Source of the DNA: Oceanispirochaeta sp.
GTDB taxonomy: Bacteria; Spirochaetota; Spirochaetia; DSM-2461
Assembly (NCBI GenBank): GCA_963666275.2
Contig: CAXXOA010000001.1
Location: 1,664,001 to 1,728,000, forward strand
DNA length: 64,000 bases
Reading direction: 5' to 3'
Numbering within the stretch: the first letter of the stretch is position 1; every line of letters begins with the position of its first letter. The position numbers and the translations under genes were made by a program. The notes beneath the pieces were generated by a model that saw nothing but the letters and a program-made list of their open reading frames with translations, did no database searches and was not told the DNA's origin. Shown piece by piece: positions 39,174 through 49,322 of the stretch.

Positions 39174-41483
39174 ATGAGTGAAATGCGCCGGTTTCTGGAT
39201 GATTTGGAGAAGAATTTCCGCTTTATGGAGAATGTGACCCGATGGGAGAAAATTCCCCCCCGGGAGGGGGAGTACAGTCCTGTCCCCGAAAGCCTTCCGG
39301 TGATCGTTAAACAGTCTCTGGCCAAAAAGGGGATTACCTCTCTCTACAGCCATCAGACAGCCTGTTACGAAGCGGCTGAGAGGGGAGAGAATATATGTGT
39401 GGTAACACCGACTGCGTCGGGTAAGACCCTCTGTTACAATCTTCCGGTACTGAGAACCCTCCTGGAGGAACCCGAATCCAGGGCTCTCTACCTTTTCCCC
39501 ACCAAGGCGCTCAGTCAGGATCAGCAGTCCGCTCTGAATGATATTGTTCTGGACGATGAAATTCCTGTTAAAATCTGTACCTACGACGGGGATACACCCG
39601 GATCACTGCGTATCTCCGCCAGAAAGTCAGGGAGGATCATCATTTCCAATCCGGATATGCTCCATTCGGGGATCCTACCGAACCATCCCAAATGGATCGA
39701 CTTCTTCAAATCCCTGAAATACATTGTCCTGGATGAAGTGCATACCTACAGGGGGATCTTCGGTTCCCATATGACCAATCTGCTGCGCCGGCTCAAACGG
39801 ATCGCCGCCTTCTACGGAAGCGATCCCCAGTTTATCTGCTGCAGTGCCACCATAGGCAATCCCGGCGAGCTGACCCAGGCGATCATTGAAAAACCTGTGA
39901 CCCTGATCAACCGGAACGGAGCGCCTTCGGGAGAGAAACATCTTATATTCTACAATCCTCCTCTGGTCGATGCGGTCCAGGGAATCAGAAGGGGAGTGGT
40001 CAATACCTCCCAGGCTCTGGCAGTGCGGCTCCTCAAGTCGGGGATCAAAACCATCGTGTTTACTAGATCCCGGGTAAAAACCGAACTTGTGGCCTCCTAT
40101 ATAAATAAGAAACTCAGCAACGTTTACAATGAAAACAACCGGCTCAAGGTGGAATCCTACCGGGGAGGATACCTTCCCGGAGAAAGACGGAAAATTGAAA
40201 AAGGTCTGAGAGACGGAGATATCCAGGGAGTGGTCTCTACCAATGCCCTGGAACTGGGAATCGATATCGGAGGTCTGGATGCGGCGATCCTGGCGGGGTT
40301 TCCCGGATCCATCGCCTCTACCTGGCAGCAGTCCGGAAGGGCAGGACGGACAAGCGATCTCTCTCTTGCCATTTTTGTGGCTTCCAGTTCGCCAGTGGAT
40401 CAGTACCTGGTGCAGACACCGGAATATTTTTTCGGAGCCAATCCCGAATCGGGGTTTGTGGATCCCGATAATCTGTTCATACTCATGGACCATCTGAAGT
40501 GCGCCGCCTTCGAGATCCCCTTCCGGAAAGACGAAGGCTTCCCCGGTGATGTCTCCTCTCTTCTCTCCTACCTGGAAGAGAACGGGGTGCTCAGATTTAC
40601 CGGCGACAGCTGGTACTGGGCCGACCGCTCCTATCCGTCTGAAAGAATTTCCCTCAGGTCAGGAGCATCGGAAAATGTTGTCATCATTGATACAACCAAG
40701 GGCCGGCACAATGTGATCGGAGAGATGGACAGCCACTCCGCCCGGGAGCTGATCTTCGACGAGGCGGTCTATCTCCACAGGGGGGAACAGTTCATTGTCA
40801 AAAAACTGGATCTTGAAAATCACCTTTGTATGGTAGAGGAGTCCAACCTTAACTACTATACCGATTCCATACTGAAATCTGACATCAAAGTTCTGGAAGT
40901 GGATGGGGAATCCTCCCACTGGGGACAGGTCCTGACCCACTGCGACATACTCCTCCGCACGGAAGTCTCCAAATATAAGAAGATCAAATTCCAGACCCAT
41001 GAAAATATTGGCTACGGCGATATCTTCCTTCCCGAAGAGGAGATGCATACAAGGAGTGTTTTTATCTCTCTCCTGCCCGGATCTCCCGCGGGGGATGCCT
41101 TTGTCATGATCGATGAGCTGATGCAGGCTCCGGTTCTGGCCCGGGTGGCCACACTGATCCGCAATACGGCTCCTCTGTTTCTCCTGTGCCGCTCCACCGA
41201 TATCGGGGTTTCCGGCAGAGTCAGGGATCCCCATTTCGAGTGTCCCGGCCTCTTTATTTACGATACCTATCCCGGGGGCATCGGTCTGGCAGATAATTTT
41301 ACCGAAAAAATGGAACAGATCTTTCAGGCCAGCCTGGATCTTGTGGCCGAATGTTCCTGCCGGGAGGGCTGTCCCAGCTGTGTGGGCCCCATCGATCAGC
41401 AGGATCAGTTTGATGCGAATCCGAAAAATCTGACAAGGAATTTTCTGGATATCTGGCTGGAAACGGTGCGGGAAAAGCAGTGA
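39174..41483 (+). CDS. DEAD/DEAH helicase with DUF1998 Zn domain (MrfA/YprA/Hrq1-like)
   Basis: TPTASGKT, PTKALSQDQ, DEVH, SATIGNP, QQSGRAGR, YDTYPGGIG, CSCREGCPSC. Confidence 0.93.
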   Translation: MSEMRRFLDDLEKNFRFMENVTRWEKIPPREGEYSPVPESLPVIVKQSLAKKGITSLYSHQTACYEAAERGENICVVTPTASGKTLCYNLPVLRTLLEEPESRALYLFPTKALSQDQQSALNDIVLDDEIPVKICTYDGDTPGSLRISARKSGRIIISNPDMLHSGILPNHPKWIDFFKSLKYIVLDEVHTYRGIFGSHMTNLLRRLKRIAAFYGSDPQFICCSATIGNPGELTQAIIEKPVTLINRNGAPSGEKHLIFYNPPLVDAVQGIRRGVVNTSQALAVRLLKSGIKTIVFTRSRVKTELVASYINKKLSNVYNENNRLKVESYRGGYLPGERRKIEKGLRDGDIQGVVSTNALELGIDIGGLDAAILAGFPGSIASTWQQSGRAGRTSDLSLAIFVASSSPVDQYLVQTPEYFFGANPESGFVDPDNLFILMDHLKCAAFEIPFRKDEGFPGDVSSLLSYLEENGVLRFTGDSWYWADRSYPSERISLRSGASENVVIIDTTKGRHNVIGEMDSHSARELIFDEAVYLHRGEQFIVKKLDLENHLCMVEESNLNYYTDSILKSDIKVLEVDGESSHWGQVLTHCDILLRTEVSKYKKIKFQTHENIGYGDIFLPEEEMHTRSVFISLLPGSPAGDAFVMIDELMQAPVLARVATLIRNTAPLFLLCRSTDIGVSGRVRDPHFECPGLFIYDTYPGGIGLADNFTEKMEQIFQASLDLVAECSCREGCPSCVGPIDQQDQFDANPKNLTRNFLDIWLETVREKQ

Positions 41484-42643
41484 AACCCGATCTATCAGCC
41501 AGGCTGAACAGGCTGAAGCAGACAAAGGGACTCCCTGTGGCTTCGGAAAAAAAAGAGGCTGTTCCGCCAATTCCTTCTGATATCCCTGATCTTCCCGAAG
41601 GGTGGAGGAGCGCGGGCCCCGATGTATGGATGAGAGAGATTTCAGATCCCAATCCTCTGGCAGACCTGGATTTGACCGGATATTTTGCCCCGTCGGATAG
41701 CTCCCCCGGGGATTGGCTCTTTTTCGACACCGAAACCACCGGACTCTCCGGCGGAGCGGGCAATACGGCCTTCCTGATCGGTACCGGCAGAGTCCGGGAA
41801 GACAGGTTTATAACCACACAGTATTTTCTGAGGGACTATCCGGGCGAACCGCTCATGCTGGATCTGCTCAAAAAAGAGTTTGGAAATACAGGGCTTTTTA
41901 TCTCCTATAACGGAAAAAGTTACGATACCCCTCTGCTGCAGACCCGATTCCTTATGAACAGGATGCCTTTTCAGTTCGGGGCACAGCTGGACCTTCTGTA
42001 TCCTGTCAGAAAGCTCTATAAAAGAACTCTTCCCAACTGCCGTCTGGGGACAGCCGAGACTTTTCTCCTGGCCAATCCCAGGCAGGGGGATATTCCCGGC
42101 GCAGATATTCCGGAAATCTGGTTCTCATTTCTGAAAGACAGTAATCCCGCACCACTTCTGCAGGTGTTCAAGCATAACTATCTGGATATTATCCGAATGG
42201 CCGAGCTCCTTGTCTTTCTGGAGGAGGCTGTCAGGGGGAATCAGAAGGGGAATCCCTACAGAGATAAGTTTGCCCTGGGGCGTTTTCTCCTGGAAAGGGG
42301 GGATATCCGGGGGCTGGAATATATGGAAAGTGCCGTCCGGAGGGGGGATCCCAGAGCGGAAACTTTCCTTTCGGTTCACTGGAAAAGGCAGGGGGAGTGG
42401 GAAAAAGCCTCTTCCCTATGGTCTGCCATCCTTCAGAAGCGTCCCGGTCTCTATGCGGGAGTGGAAATGGCCAAGTATCTGGAACACCGGGAACGGGACT
42501 ATACCGGCGCTCTGAGACTTGTGGAACAACTTCTGCGGGACCTGCCTATCCGGAATCCCGAAAAGAGGGCAGAGCTGCAGCATAGAAGGAACAGGCTTAT
42601 TGCAAAAATTGCCAAAGAAGCGGAAAATACAAGTTATGAATAG
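41480..42643 (+). CDS. RNase H-like DEDD exonuclease (MrfB/YprB-like) with TPR-like C-terminus
   Basis: FFDTETTGL, SYNGKSYD, HNYLDI; coupled to helicase gene. Confidence 0.9.
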   Translation: MKPDLSARLNRLKQTKGLPVASEKKEAVPPIPSDIPDLPEGWRSAGPDVWMREISDPNPLADLDLTGYFAPSDSSPGDWLFFDTETTGLSGGAGNTAFLIGTGRVREDRFITTQYFLRDYPGEPLMLDLLKKEFGNTGLFISYNGKSYDTPLLQTRFLMNRMPFQFGAQLDLLYPVRKLYKRTLPNCRLGTAETFLLANPRQGDIPGADIPEIWFSFLKDSNPAPLLQVFKHNYLDIIRMAELLVFLEEAVRGNQKGNPYRDKFALGRFLLERGDIRGLEYMESAVRRGDPRAETFLSVHWKRQGEWEKASSLWSAILQKRPGLYAGVEMAKYLEHRERDYTGALRLVEQLLRDLPIRNPEKRAELQHRRNRLIAKIAKEAENTSYE

Positions 42644-43019
42644 AAATCCTGCGGGCCTTTTGTTTGTTATCCTCTCTCTGATACTGATCTCCGGATGCAG
42701 TAAAACAGAACCCGATTACAGGGCGCGGGAAGCGGCAGGAGAGGTTCCGGTGATTGAAATGGGATCACCTGAAGAAACCCGGGAGGCCGAGCCTCTGGAT
42801 ATCGGGGCTCTGCTCTCAGACCTGCACAGTCAGGTTAAAACCCTTGAAGAGGGAATCAACGGGACAGATCCGGCTCTGAAGGAATCTCTGGCTCCTCTGG
42901 ATCAGTCTATTTCGGATTTAAGGAATATGCTTGAACAGTCCGGTCCCTCTGTGGACAAAGCCTGCACGGCCATCAAAGAGATTCAGGACGAAATGGAGAC
43001 AATCCGCCAGGGACTGTAA
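42636..43019 (+). CDS. Small coiled-coil lipoprotein
   Basis: MNRNPAGLLFVILSLILISGC lipobox. Confidence 0.7.
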   Translation: MNRNPAGLLFVILSLILISGCSKTEPDYRAREAAGEVPVIEMGSPEETREAEPLDIGALLSDLHSQVKTLEEGINGTDPALKESLAPLDQSISDLRNMLEQSGPSVDKACTAIKEIQDEMETIRQGL

Positions 43020-43055
43020 AACAGACTCGTCTTTTCCATTGAACTTTCAGGATCA

Positions 43056-43814
43056 TTACCAGCGGTTGATAATTCTCCGCCACCGGGGATTCTCTTCCAG
43101 ACACTGGAACAGACCGGAACTTATCATATCTTCCCGGGGGATGGTGGCCCATTTTCTGATTTGTATCATCTCAAGAATATCAAGGGATTCTTCCTGATGG
43201 CCCTGAGCCGCCAGAATGGAGGCATAGGGAAAGGCGCTGACTTTAGGATCCAGTTCCCAGGCTTTCTGAAACAGGGACAGGACCTTTTCGGGATGTTCCT
43301 CTCCGATCCACCAGACATAGCCTCTGTCGATACAGGAGAGAGCCAGGGCCGTTTTATCCCGATCCTCCCGGGGTTTCTGTCTCTCCCTTTCCAGGATCAT
43401 CATAGCTTCGATCAGTATACCCGCGTGTTTGAGGCGGACCTTTTCCAGATTAGACTCGAAGGCATTGACGGCTTTGCTGTTCCGTTCATTCCGTGCAATT
43501 CCCACGGCGGATTCTCCCACATCACTGGTGGTATGGATGCGGGCTCTGTGCTCCAGGAGGCAGCAGATAGCTTCTGTATTATTGTAATAGGAGGCATGCA
43601 TAAGAGGGGTCCAGGATTCATGATCCCTTCCGTTAATATCAGCACCACCCTGTAACGCCTGCTCTATAAGAGGGACAGATCCAGTCTGGCAGCCTAGTAT
43701 CAGAAGGGTAAAAGGAGCAATCCCTTTTTTTATCATCCTGTTCACTTCGCCCTGGGGAAGATCCCGGCAGGCGCTTCGAATTTCCTGTTTTATCTCCTGG
43801 GTCAATAAATGCAC
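43056..43814 (-). CDS. Ankyrin repeat protein with TPR-like C-terminus
   Basis: GADINGRDHESWTPLMHAS, GESAVGIA. Confidence 0.8.
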   Translation of the reverse strand: MHLLTQEIKQEIRSACRDLPQGEVNRMIKKGIAPFTLLILGCQTGSVPLIEQALQGGADINGRDHESWTPLMHASYYNNTEAICCLLEHRARIHTTSDVGESAVGIARNERNSKAVNAFESNLEKVRLKHAGILIEAMMILERERQKPREDRDKTALALSCIDRGYVWWIGEEHPEKVLSLFQKAWELDPKVSAFPYASILAAQGHQEESLDILEMIQIRKWATIPREDMISSGLFQCLEENPRWRRIINRW

Positions 43815-43974
43815 TGAAACCTCCGAATCTATAGGATCATATCAGAGCAGAGAGGCAATGTCGACCTGGCATTCGGCGGTAGTCAGAGGTTTTTCCGGGA
43901 AATTCTGTACTTCTGAAATCAGCAGACACTGTGAATCTCCCCTTAAAATCATCTCCGGGGAAATCCCCGGATCC

Positions 43975-44490
43975 TCAGGATAGGGACAGGAAGTCTCTGA
44001 CCATTTTTTTCAGAGAGTCAAAGGCAAAATTCTCCAGGGAGAGTTTGTCTTTTTCGATAAAAAGGATCTCCTGGATTTCATCTTCCTGGGGGGTGAAACT
44101 GCTGCTTTCGCAGCGGGCTGTAAAAAGCATATCGCAGGTCTTGTAGGTTATCCCTTTGTAGGGATAGGTATTCCCGCAGCTGCTTCGATAGGTCAGATCT
44201 GAAATCTCAACACCGATCTCTTCCCGGATCTCCCGGCGGCAGGCGTCCTCTGCGGATTCATCTGGATCCACAAATCCGCCGGGAAGGTCCAGAAGCCCTT
44301 TTCCCGGTTCACGTCCCCGTTTCATGATCACGAAATGCTCCTTATATTCCAGAAGGACTGCCACGGCCGCGGCGGTGTTCTGGTAGAATTGGAACCCGCA
44401 GGAGGGACAGCTGACTTTACGGCCCCTAAGGAAGTCCGGACTCTCATAGGAGCAGCGGGGACAATATTGAAACATAAAAAAATCCTCCAT
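43975..44490 (-). CDS. NUDIX hydrolase with zinc ribbon
   Basis: CPRC...CPSC; LPGGFVDPDESAEDACRREIREEIG. Confidence 0.9.
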   Translation of the reverse strand: MEDFFMFQYCPRCSYESPDFLRGRKVSCPSCGFQFYQNTAAAVAVLLEYKEHFVIMKRGREPGKGLLDLPGGFVDPDESAEDACRREIREEIGVEISDLTYRSSCGNTYPYKGITYKTCDMLFTARCESSSFTPQEDEIQEILFIEKDKLSLENFAFDSLKKMVRDFLSLS

Positions 44491-44526
44491 CTTTTTTCTC
44501 TTCCATTTTATGCCTATACTGGAGGC

Positions 44527-45093
44527 ATGAATAGTGTATGCATTTTTTGCGGATCAAGCAAAGGTTTTGATAAAGAGTACGCCCTGAGAACACAGGAACT
44601 GGCGACAGAACTTGTAAAACGGAAAATCCGTCTTGTATACGGCGGCGGCAATGTGGGCCTTATGGGACTTCTGGCCGAAACAGTACTGAAACAGGGGGGG
44701 CAGGTTACCGGGATCATACCCGAAGCCATCCATAGTAAAGTCCCCGCTCTGGCGGGAGTGGAGACCATCGTTGTGGGAACCATGCATGAGAGAAAGCAGG
44801 CCATGCATGACAGGTCTGATGGATTCATTGCCCTCCCCGGAGGGATCGGAACCTATGAGGAACTCCTGGAGGCCTTCACCTGGGCTCAGCTGGGGTATCA
44901 TCAGAAACCGGTGGCTCTGCTCAACACAGGAAACTACTACAAATCCCTGCTGGACCTGCTGAATCACACCGTGGCGGAAGGGTTTATGAAGGAGAGCCAC
45001 AGAAACACTCTTATCGCCGAAACTGATCCAGCTGCCCTCCTGGAGCTTATGGAATGTTTTAAGCCCCTCATAGAGGATAAATGGGTGAAGTGA
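44527..45093 (+). CDS. LOG family nucleotide phosphoribohydrolase
   Basis: LVYGGGNVGLMG, MHERK, PGGIGTYEE. Confidence 0.93.
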   Translation: MNSVCIFCGSSKGFDKEYALRTQELATELVKRKIRLVYGGGNVGLMGLLAETVLKQGGQVTGIIPEAIHSKVPALAGVETIVVGTMHERKQAMHDRSDGFIALPGGIGTYEELLEAFTWAQLGYHQKPVALLNTGNYYKSLLDLLNHTVAEGFMKESHRNTLIAETDPAALLELMECFKPLIEDKWVK

Positions 45094-46320
45094 TCAGCTG
45101 CGGCCTGTCAGGAAAGCGACCTTAAGGCCTCCGTTGGAAATGATATATTTTTTCTCCCATCTGAGACCCAGAAACTTTTCTGTCTGTGTATCCGGAACAA
45201 GGATTCCCCAGCGGCAGCCCTTATAGTCCCTGCGGATTTTCTCTCCCAGGGATGTAAAAAACTCCTTCCGGTTTTCAAGTTTCAGACGCAGACCATAGGG
45301 AGGATTCAGTATCAGAACCCGATCCTCTCCGGAAGGAGCTGACCTGGTCAGAAAGTCCTCTTCCTCTAACTCCCAGTTTTCAAGGAGTCCCTTGATATCC
45401 AGATCATACCGGGACGCACTCCATTTCTGCAGGATCAGCTCCCTGTTTGCCCGGGCGGCTTCCAGACTGCGGGGATCCCTGTCGGAGGAAACAATCCGGC
45501 AGCTGGCATGACTCTCTCTGATCTGCTGCTCCATATGCCATTCATATCGGGCGGGTTTGAAAGAGGGCCAGTCTTCGAAGGGAAAGCGTCTGTCGGGATA
45601 AACGGGAATGCGGGAGGTCATCACAAGAGCTTCCAGAGCAAAGGTGCCGCTGCCGCACATGGGGTCAATCAGAGTAGATTTTTCTGTGATCTCCATGATC
45701 TGAAGCAGGGACGCCGCCAGTGTCTCCCGGAGGGGAGCTTCGTTGATAAACTGCCTGTAACCCCTGTCATACAGAGGGCCCCCTCCCGCATCCAGGCTGA
45801 GCTGGAAACGATCATCCACACCGCGGATCAGGATGGTCTGAACAGAGGCCTCCACATGGGGGGCTGTTTCATCAATCAGTGAGGGAGACCGGCCTTCCAT
45901 CTTTTCAAATCTTTCGTTGATACTGCGTTTCAGAGATTTCCCTATATTGTCTGTCACATGCAGACGGCAGTGGCTGAGGGAGAATCTCAGTCTGTATTCA
46001 CAGCCCTCCCTCAGGTAGAGTTCCCAGGGAAAATCTTCGGTTTTATTCCTGAATTCCCGGAATCCGCCGGCCCTGAATGAGTGGAGTCTCAGATAGACCC
46101 TGGCAGGAGTCTGGGCCAGTGATACGGCTTTCCATAACTGTTCCAGAGAGCCCGGGGCTTCCAGACTTCCCGGATCATCCAGTTTTGTGACTTCCAGGTC
46201 AAACCGGGACAATTCTTTTGCTGCTGCTTCTTCCAGCCCGGGGATAACGGAAAAATAGAGAGTGTGCCGGCCGGCGAGTATGTGCTTTTTGAGGCGCCTT
46301 TCAAGGGCTTTCTGATTCAT
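45094..46320 (-). CDS. THUMP-type RNA methyltransferase (RlmL/RlmK N-terminal-like)
   Basis: LYDRGYR, APLRETLAA, DPMCGSGT, NPPYG. Confidence 0.88.
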   Translation of the reverse strand: MNQKALERRLKKHILAGRHTLYFSVIPGLEEAAAKELSRFDLEVTKLDDPGSLEAPGSLEQLWKAVSLAQTPARVYLRLHSFRAGGFREFRNKTEDFPWELYLREGCEYRLRFSLSHCRLHVTDNIGKSLKRSINERFEKMEGRSPSLIDETAPHVEASVQTILIRGVDDRFQLSLDAGGGPLYDRGYRQFINEAPLRETLAASLLQIMEITEKSTLIDPMCGSGTFALEALVMTSRIPVYPDRRFPFEDWPSFKPARYEWHMEQQIRESHASCRIVSSDRDPRSLEAARANRELILQKWSASRYDLDIKGLLENWELEEEDFLTRSAPSGEDRVLILNPPYGLRLKLENRKEFFTSLGEKIRRDYKGCRWGILVPDTQTEKFLGLRWEKKYIISNGGLKVAFLTGRS

Positions 46321-46367
46321 AGACCAGAAGGTAGCACAAACAGGGCCATTGGGGTAAGGTAGGAATC

Positions 46368-48830
46368 ATGAAAGATCGCACTCTTCCGGACAGGATAAGG
46401 GAACTTCCTGTGGCACAGCAGTTTCCCCTGATTCAGCAGCATCTTGACGGGGAGAAAAAACGTTTTGTTATCCAGGCTGATCCCGGCGCGGGAAAGTCTA
46501 CAGGGATACCCCTGTTTCTTCTTTCATCCGGTCATGTAAAAAATAAAATCCTTATGCTGGAACCCCGCAGAATGGCGGCAAGATCCCTGGCGTCCTATCT
46601 GGCTGGGCTACTGGGAGAATCTCCGGGTCAGTCCGTGGGATACAGAGTCCGGGGGGAGTCCCGGTGCAGCAGCCGTACACGCCTGGAGATCCTGACCGAA
46701 GGGGTTTTTGTCAGGATGATTCAGGAGGATCCGGAACTGGAGGGGGTGGACTGTGTCATTCTGGATGAATTTCACGAAAGGAACCTCTTCAGCGATCTCT
46801 CTTATGCCTTTCTGATAGATGTCATGGAAAATCTGCGGCCCGAACTGATCTGCTGTATCATGAGTGCCACCCCCGAACGGGAGAAGCTTGAAAAGAAATT
46901 CAGGGACGCTGTTTTTCTGAATGCCCCCGGGAGGATGTTTCCTGTGGATATACAGTACAGCAGAACAGCCGGATCTTTCCGGATTGAAGAGTCTGCTGTG
47001 GAACGTGCCGTCCGTACAGGGCTGGATCAGACCGAAGGAGACCTTCTTGTGTTTCTCCCCGGCGAGGGAGAGATCAAAAGGGTTGAAACCTATCTCCACA
47101 ACAGCCTGGATCCGCAAGCGGTCACACTATTGCCCCTGTACGGACGACTCCCTCTTTCCCGGCAGGAACTTGTGTTCAAACCCTCTGATAAAAGGAAAAT
47201 CATCCTTGCCACCTCTATTGCAGAAACAAGTCTTACCATTCCCGGTGTGACCGCAGTCATTGACAGCGGACTCGAAAGACACAGCGATTTCAACCGCCAC
47301 ACGGGACTGACAAGATTGGCCACCCGGAGGATCTCCCAGGCTTCGGCGGAACAGAGAGCCGGAAGGGCCGGTCGCGTCCGGGAGGGGCTCTGCCTCCGTC
47401 TCTGGTCCGAACAGGAACAGCCGGCTCTTGTGCCCTTCCGGGAAGCGGAGATTTTTACCTCCGATCTGTCCTCGCTGGTTCTGGAAATCCTCAGCTGGGG
47501 ATGTCAGGGGCCGGAGGATCTGGAGTGGATGGATCCTCCTCCCGGAGGCCACTACCATCAGGCTCTGAACCTTTTAAAGATGCTGCAGGCCGTGGACAGC
47601 GAGGGGAAAATCACAGCTCTGGGGCGGCGCATGTCCTCACTGGGGCTGGAACCCCGTTTGAGCCGTCTGGTTCTGACAGGACAGGACAGGGGAGAAGAGG
47701 AAACAGCCTGCTTCCTGGCGGCTCTGCTTTCAGAACGGGACTGGATGGGTCATTCCGGCTCGTCTGATCTGCTGGCCAGATTTCACAGGATAAGAAACGG
47801 AGAGGACAGACATCACCCGGTGGTGAAAAGGATTCTTTCCCTATGGAAATCTCTTCTGGGAAGAAACCCCATCGGGGAAAATCTCAATCCCCGGTCTGTA
47901 CAGGCTCTGTTATTGGCTTCCTATCCCGACAGGATGGGAGGCAGGATCAGGCCGGGAACTTTTCACCTGTCAGGAGGTGGCAATGCCTCCATACGGGATA
48001 CTGATTCTCTACAGAGTGAGGAGTTCCTTGTTGTTCTGGAAACCGGCGGCTCCGGAGTTCCTCCGGTTATATTTCTGAGCTGCCCCGTCAGATCAGAGGA
48101 GATACTCGATCAGTGCCGGGATATCCTTTCAGATGAAGAGGAGTATCACTGGAATGAAAAATCCGGGCGACTGGAATCCCGTTCCCTGGTAAAACTGGGA
48201 GAACTCCGTTTAAAGGAGAAGCCCCTTTCGGGTGGATCTGATGAGAAAGTCCTTGCCTATCTGAAAGGGTATTTTTCCAAAAGAGGACTCAGTCTGCTGG
48301 ACTGGTCCCGGGAGGATTCCATTTTCCTGAACCGATGCCGCTATATCAGGCAGTCCGGTTGGCCTGACTTTTCTGATCAGGGGCTTCTGGATTCCCTGGA
48401 TACCTGGTTTATTCCCTATCTGAACAGAGGAAAAATTACCCTGCCCCTCAAAGAGGGGCTGAAATCCCTCCTGAGCTGGGAGCAGATGACCCTGCTGGAT
48501 ACACTGGTTCCCGAAAGATTTCAGGTCCCTTCCGGCAGTCGGCTGAGGATTGATTACAGCGATCCGGAAAATCCCGCTCTGGATGTCAGGATTCAGGAGG
48601 TTTTCGGATTGGGGGAAACTCCTTTGATAGGGGGGACTGCGCCGCTTCTTATCAGGCTGCTGAACCCGGCGGGGCGCCCGATTCAGGTCACAAGAGATCT
48701 GAAAAGTTTCTGGGACAACACCTACTCTGAGGTAAGAAAAGAACTCAGAGGCAGATACCCGAAGCACTACTGGCCGGAGAACCCCTATGAAGCCGTTGCT
48801 ACAAGCCGGGTCAGGCCGAAAAAAAACTGA
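46368..48830 (+). CDS. hrpB: ATP-dependent RNA helicase HrpB
   Basis: GAGKST, DEFHER, ATSIAETSLTIPGV, QRAGRAGR, RGRYPKHYWP. Confidence 0.96.
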   Translation: MKDRTLPDRIRELPVAQQFPLIQQHLDGEKKRFVIQADPGAGKSTGIPLFLLSSGHVKNKILMLEPRRMAARSLASYLAGLLGESPGQSVGYRVRGESRCSSRTRLEILTEGVFVRMIQEDPELEGVDCVILDEFHERNLFSDLSYAFLIDVMENLRPELICCIMSATPEREKLEKKFRDAVFLNAPGRMFPVDIQYSRTAGSFRIEESAVERAVRTGLDQTEGDLLVFLPGEGEIKRVETYLHNSLDPQAVTLLPLYGRLPLSRQELVFKPSDKRKIILATSIAETSLTIPGVTAVIDSGLERHSDFNRHTGLTRLATRRISQASAEQRAGRAGRVREGLCLRLWSEQEQPALVPFREAEIFTSDLSSLVLEILSWGCQGPEDLEWMDPPPGGHYHQALNLLKMLQAVDSEGKITALGRRMSSLGLEPRLSRLVLTGQDRGEEETACFLAALLSERDWMGHSGSSDLLARFHRIRNGEDRHHPVVKRILSLWKSLLGRNPIGENLNPRSVQALLLASYPDRMGGRIRPGTFHLSGGGNASIRDTDSLQSEEFLVVLETGGSGVPPVIFLSCPVRSEEILDQCRDILSDEEEYHWNEKSGRLESRSLVKLGELRLKEKPLSGGSDEKVLAYLKGYFSKRGLSLLDWSREDSIFLNRCRYIRQSGWPDFSDQGLLDSLDTWFIPYLNRGKITLPLKEGLKSLLSWEQMTLLDTLVPERFQVPSGSRLRIDYSDPENPALDVRIQEVFGLGETPLIGGTAPLLIRLLNPAGRPIQVTRDLKSFWDNTYSEVRKELRGRYPKHYWPENPYEAVATSRVRPKKN

Positions 48831-49009
48831 TTTTTTTTTGCTCTTTTCCTTAATTTTTATTCTTTGCAGTGTAATCACTTCTTTTTGTCTTTTCCGCTCA
48901 GGGTTGGACCTCTGAGCGGAAGATGCTCCAAAGCTGTTTGACTTTTTTCTCCGGTGGACTAAATTTGAATTAGGCAATGAATTTCCACTTTAGCCAAAAG
49001 GAGGTCCTT

Positions 49010-49213
49010 ATGCTTCAGAAGCTCTATTTTGTAGAAGAAAATGAAGAAATCGTAGGTGTTTATGAGGATCACGATCTGGCCAGAGAAGAAGCGGAGTACA
49101 TGAAAGAAGATCACCCTCTGGACCACTTCCGTTTGTTCAGTCTTACCATGTTCGAGCTGGAAAACTACCCCGAAGCCTACGATTACGCCAGCGATGCCGG
49201 TATTTTGAACTGA
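49010..49213 (+). CDS. Small acidic hypothetical protein
   Basis: AAGGAGG RBS before ATG 49010; 67 aa. Confidence 0.65.
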   Translation: MLQKLYFVEENEEIVGVYEDHDLAREEAEYMKEDHPLDHFRLFSLTMFELENYPEAYDYASDAGILN

Positions 49214-49322
49214 TGTTTTATTATAATCCGCAGAAATCTCAACTCGAAAGGATAGGATTTATCCAGGGAAGCGGTATACTGTATAAAGAGGATGTATTCC
49301 ATCTTTATACGGCAGGTAGGAA

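Noticed and set aside
39174..41483. DISARM/Druantia defence helicase
   Set aside because: Partner gene is a YprB-like exonuclease and no methylase or other defence genes are adjacent.
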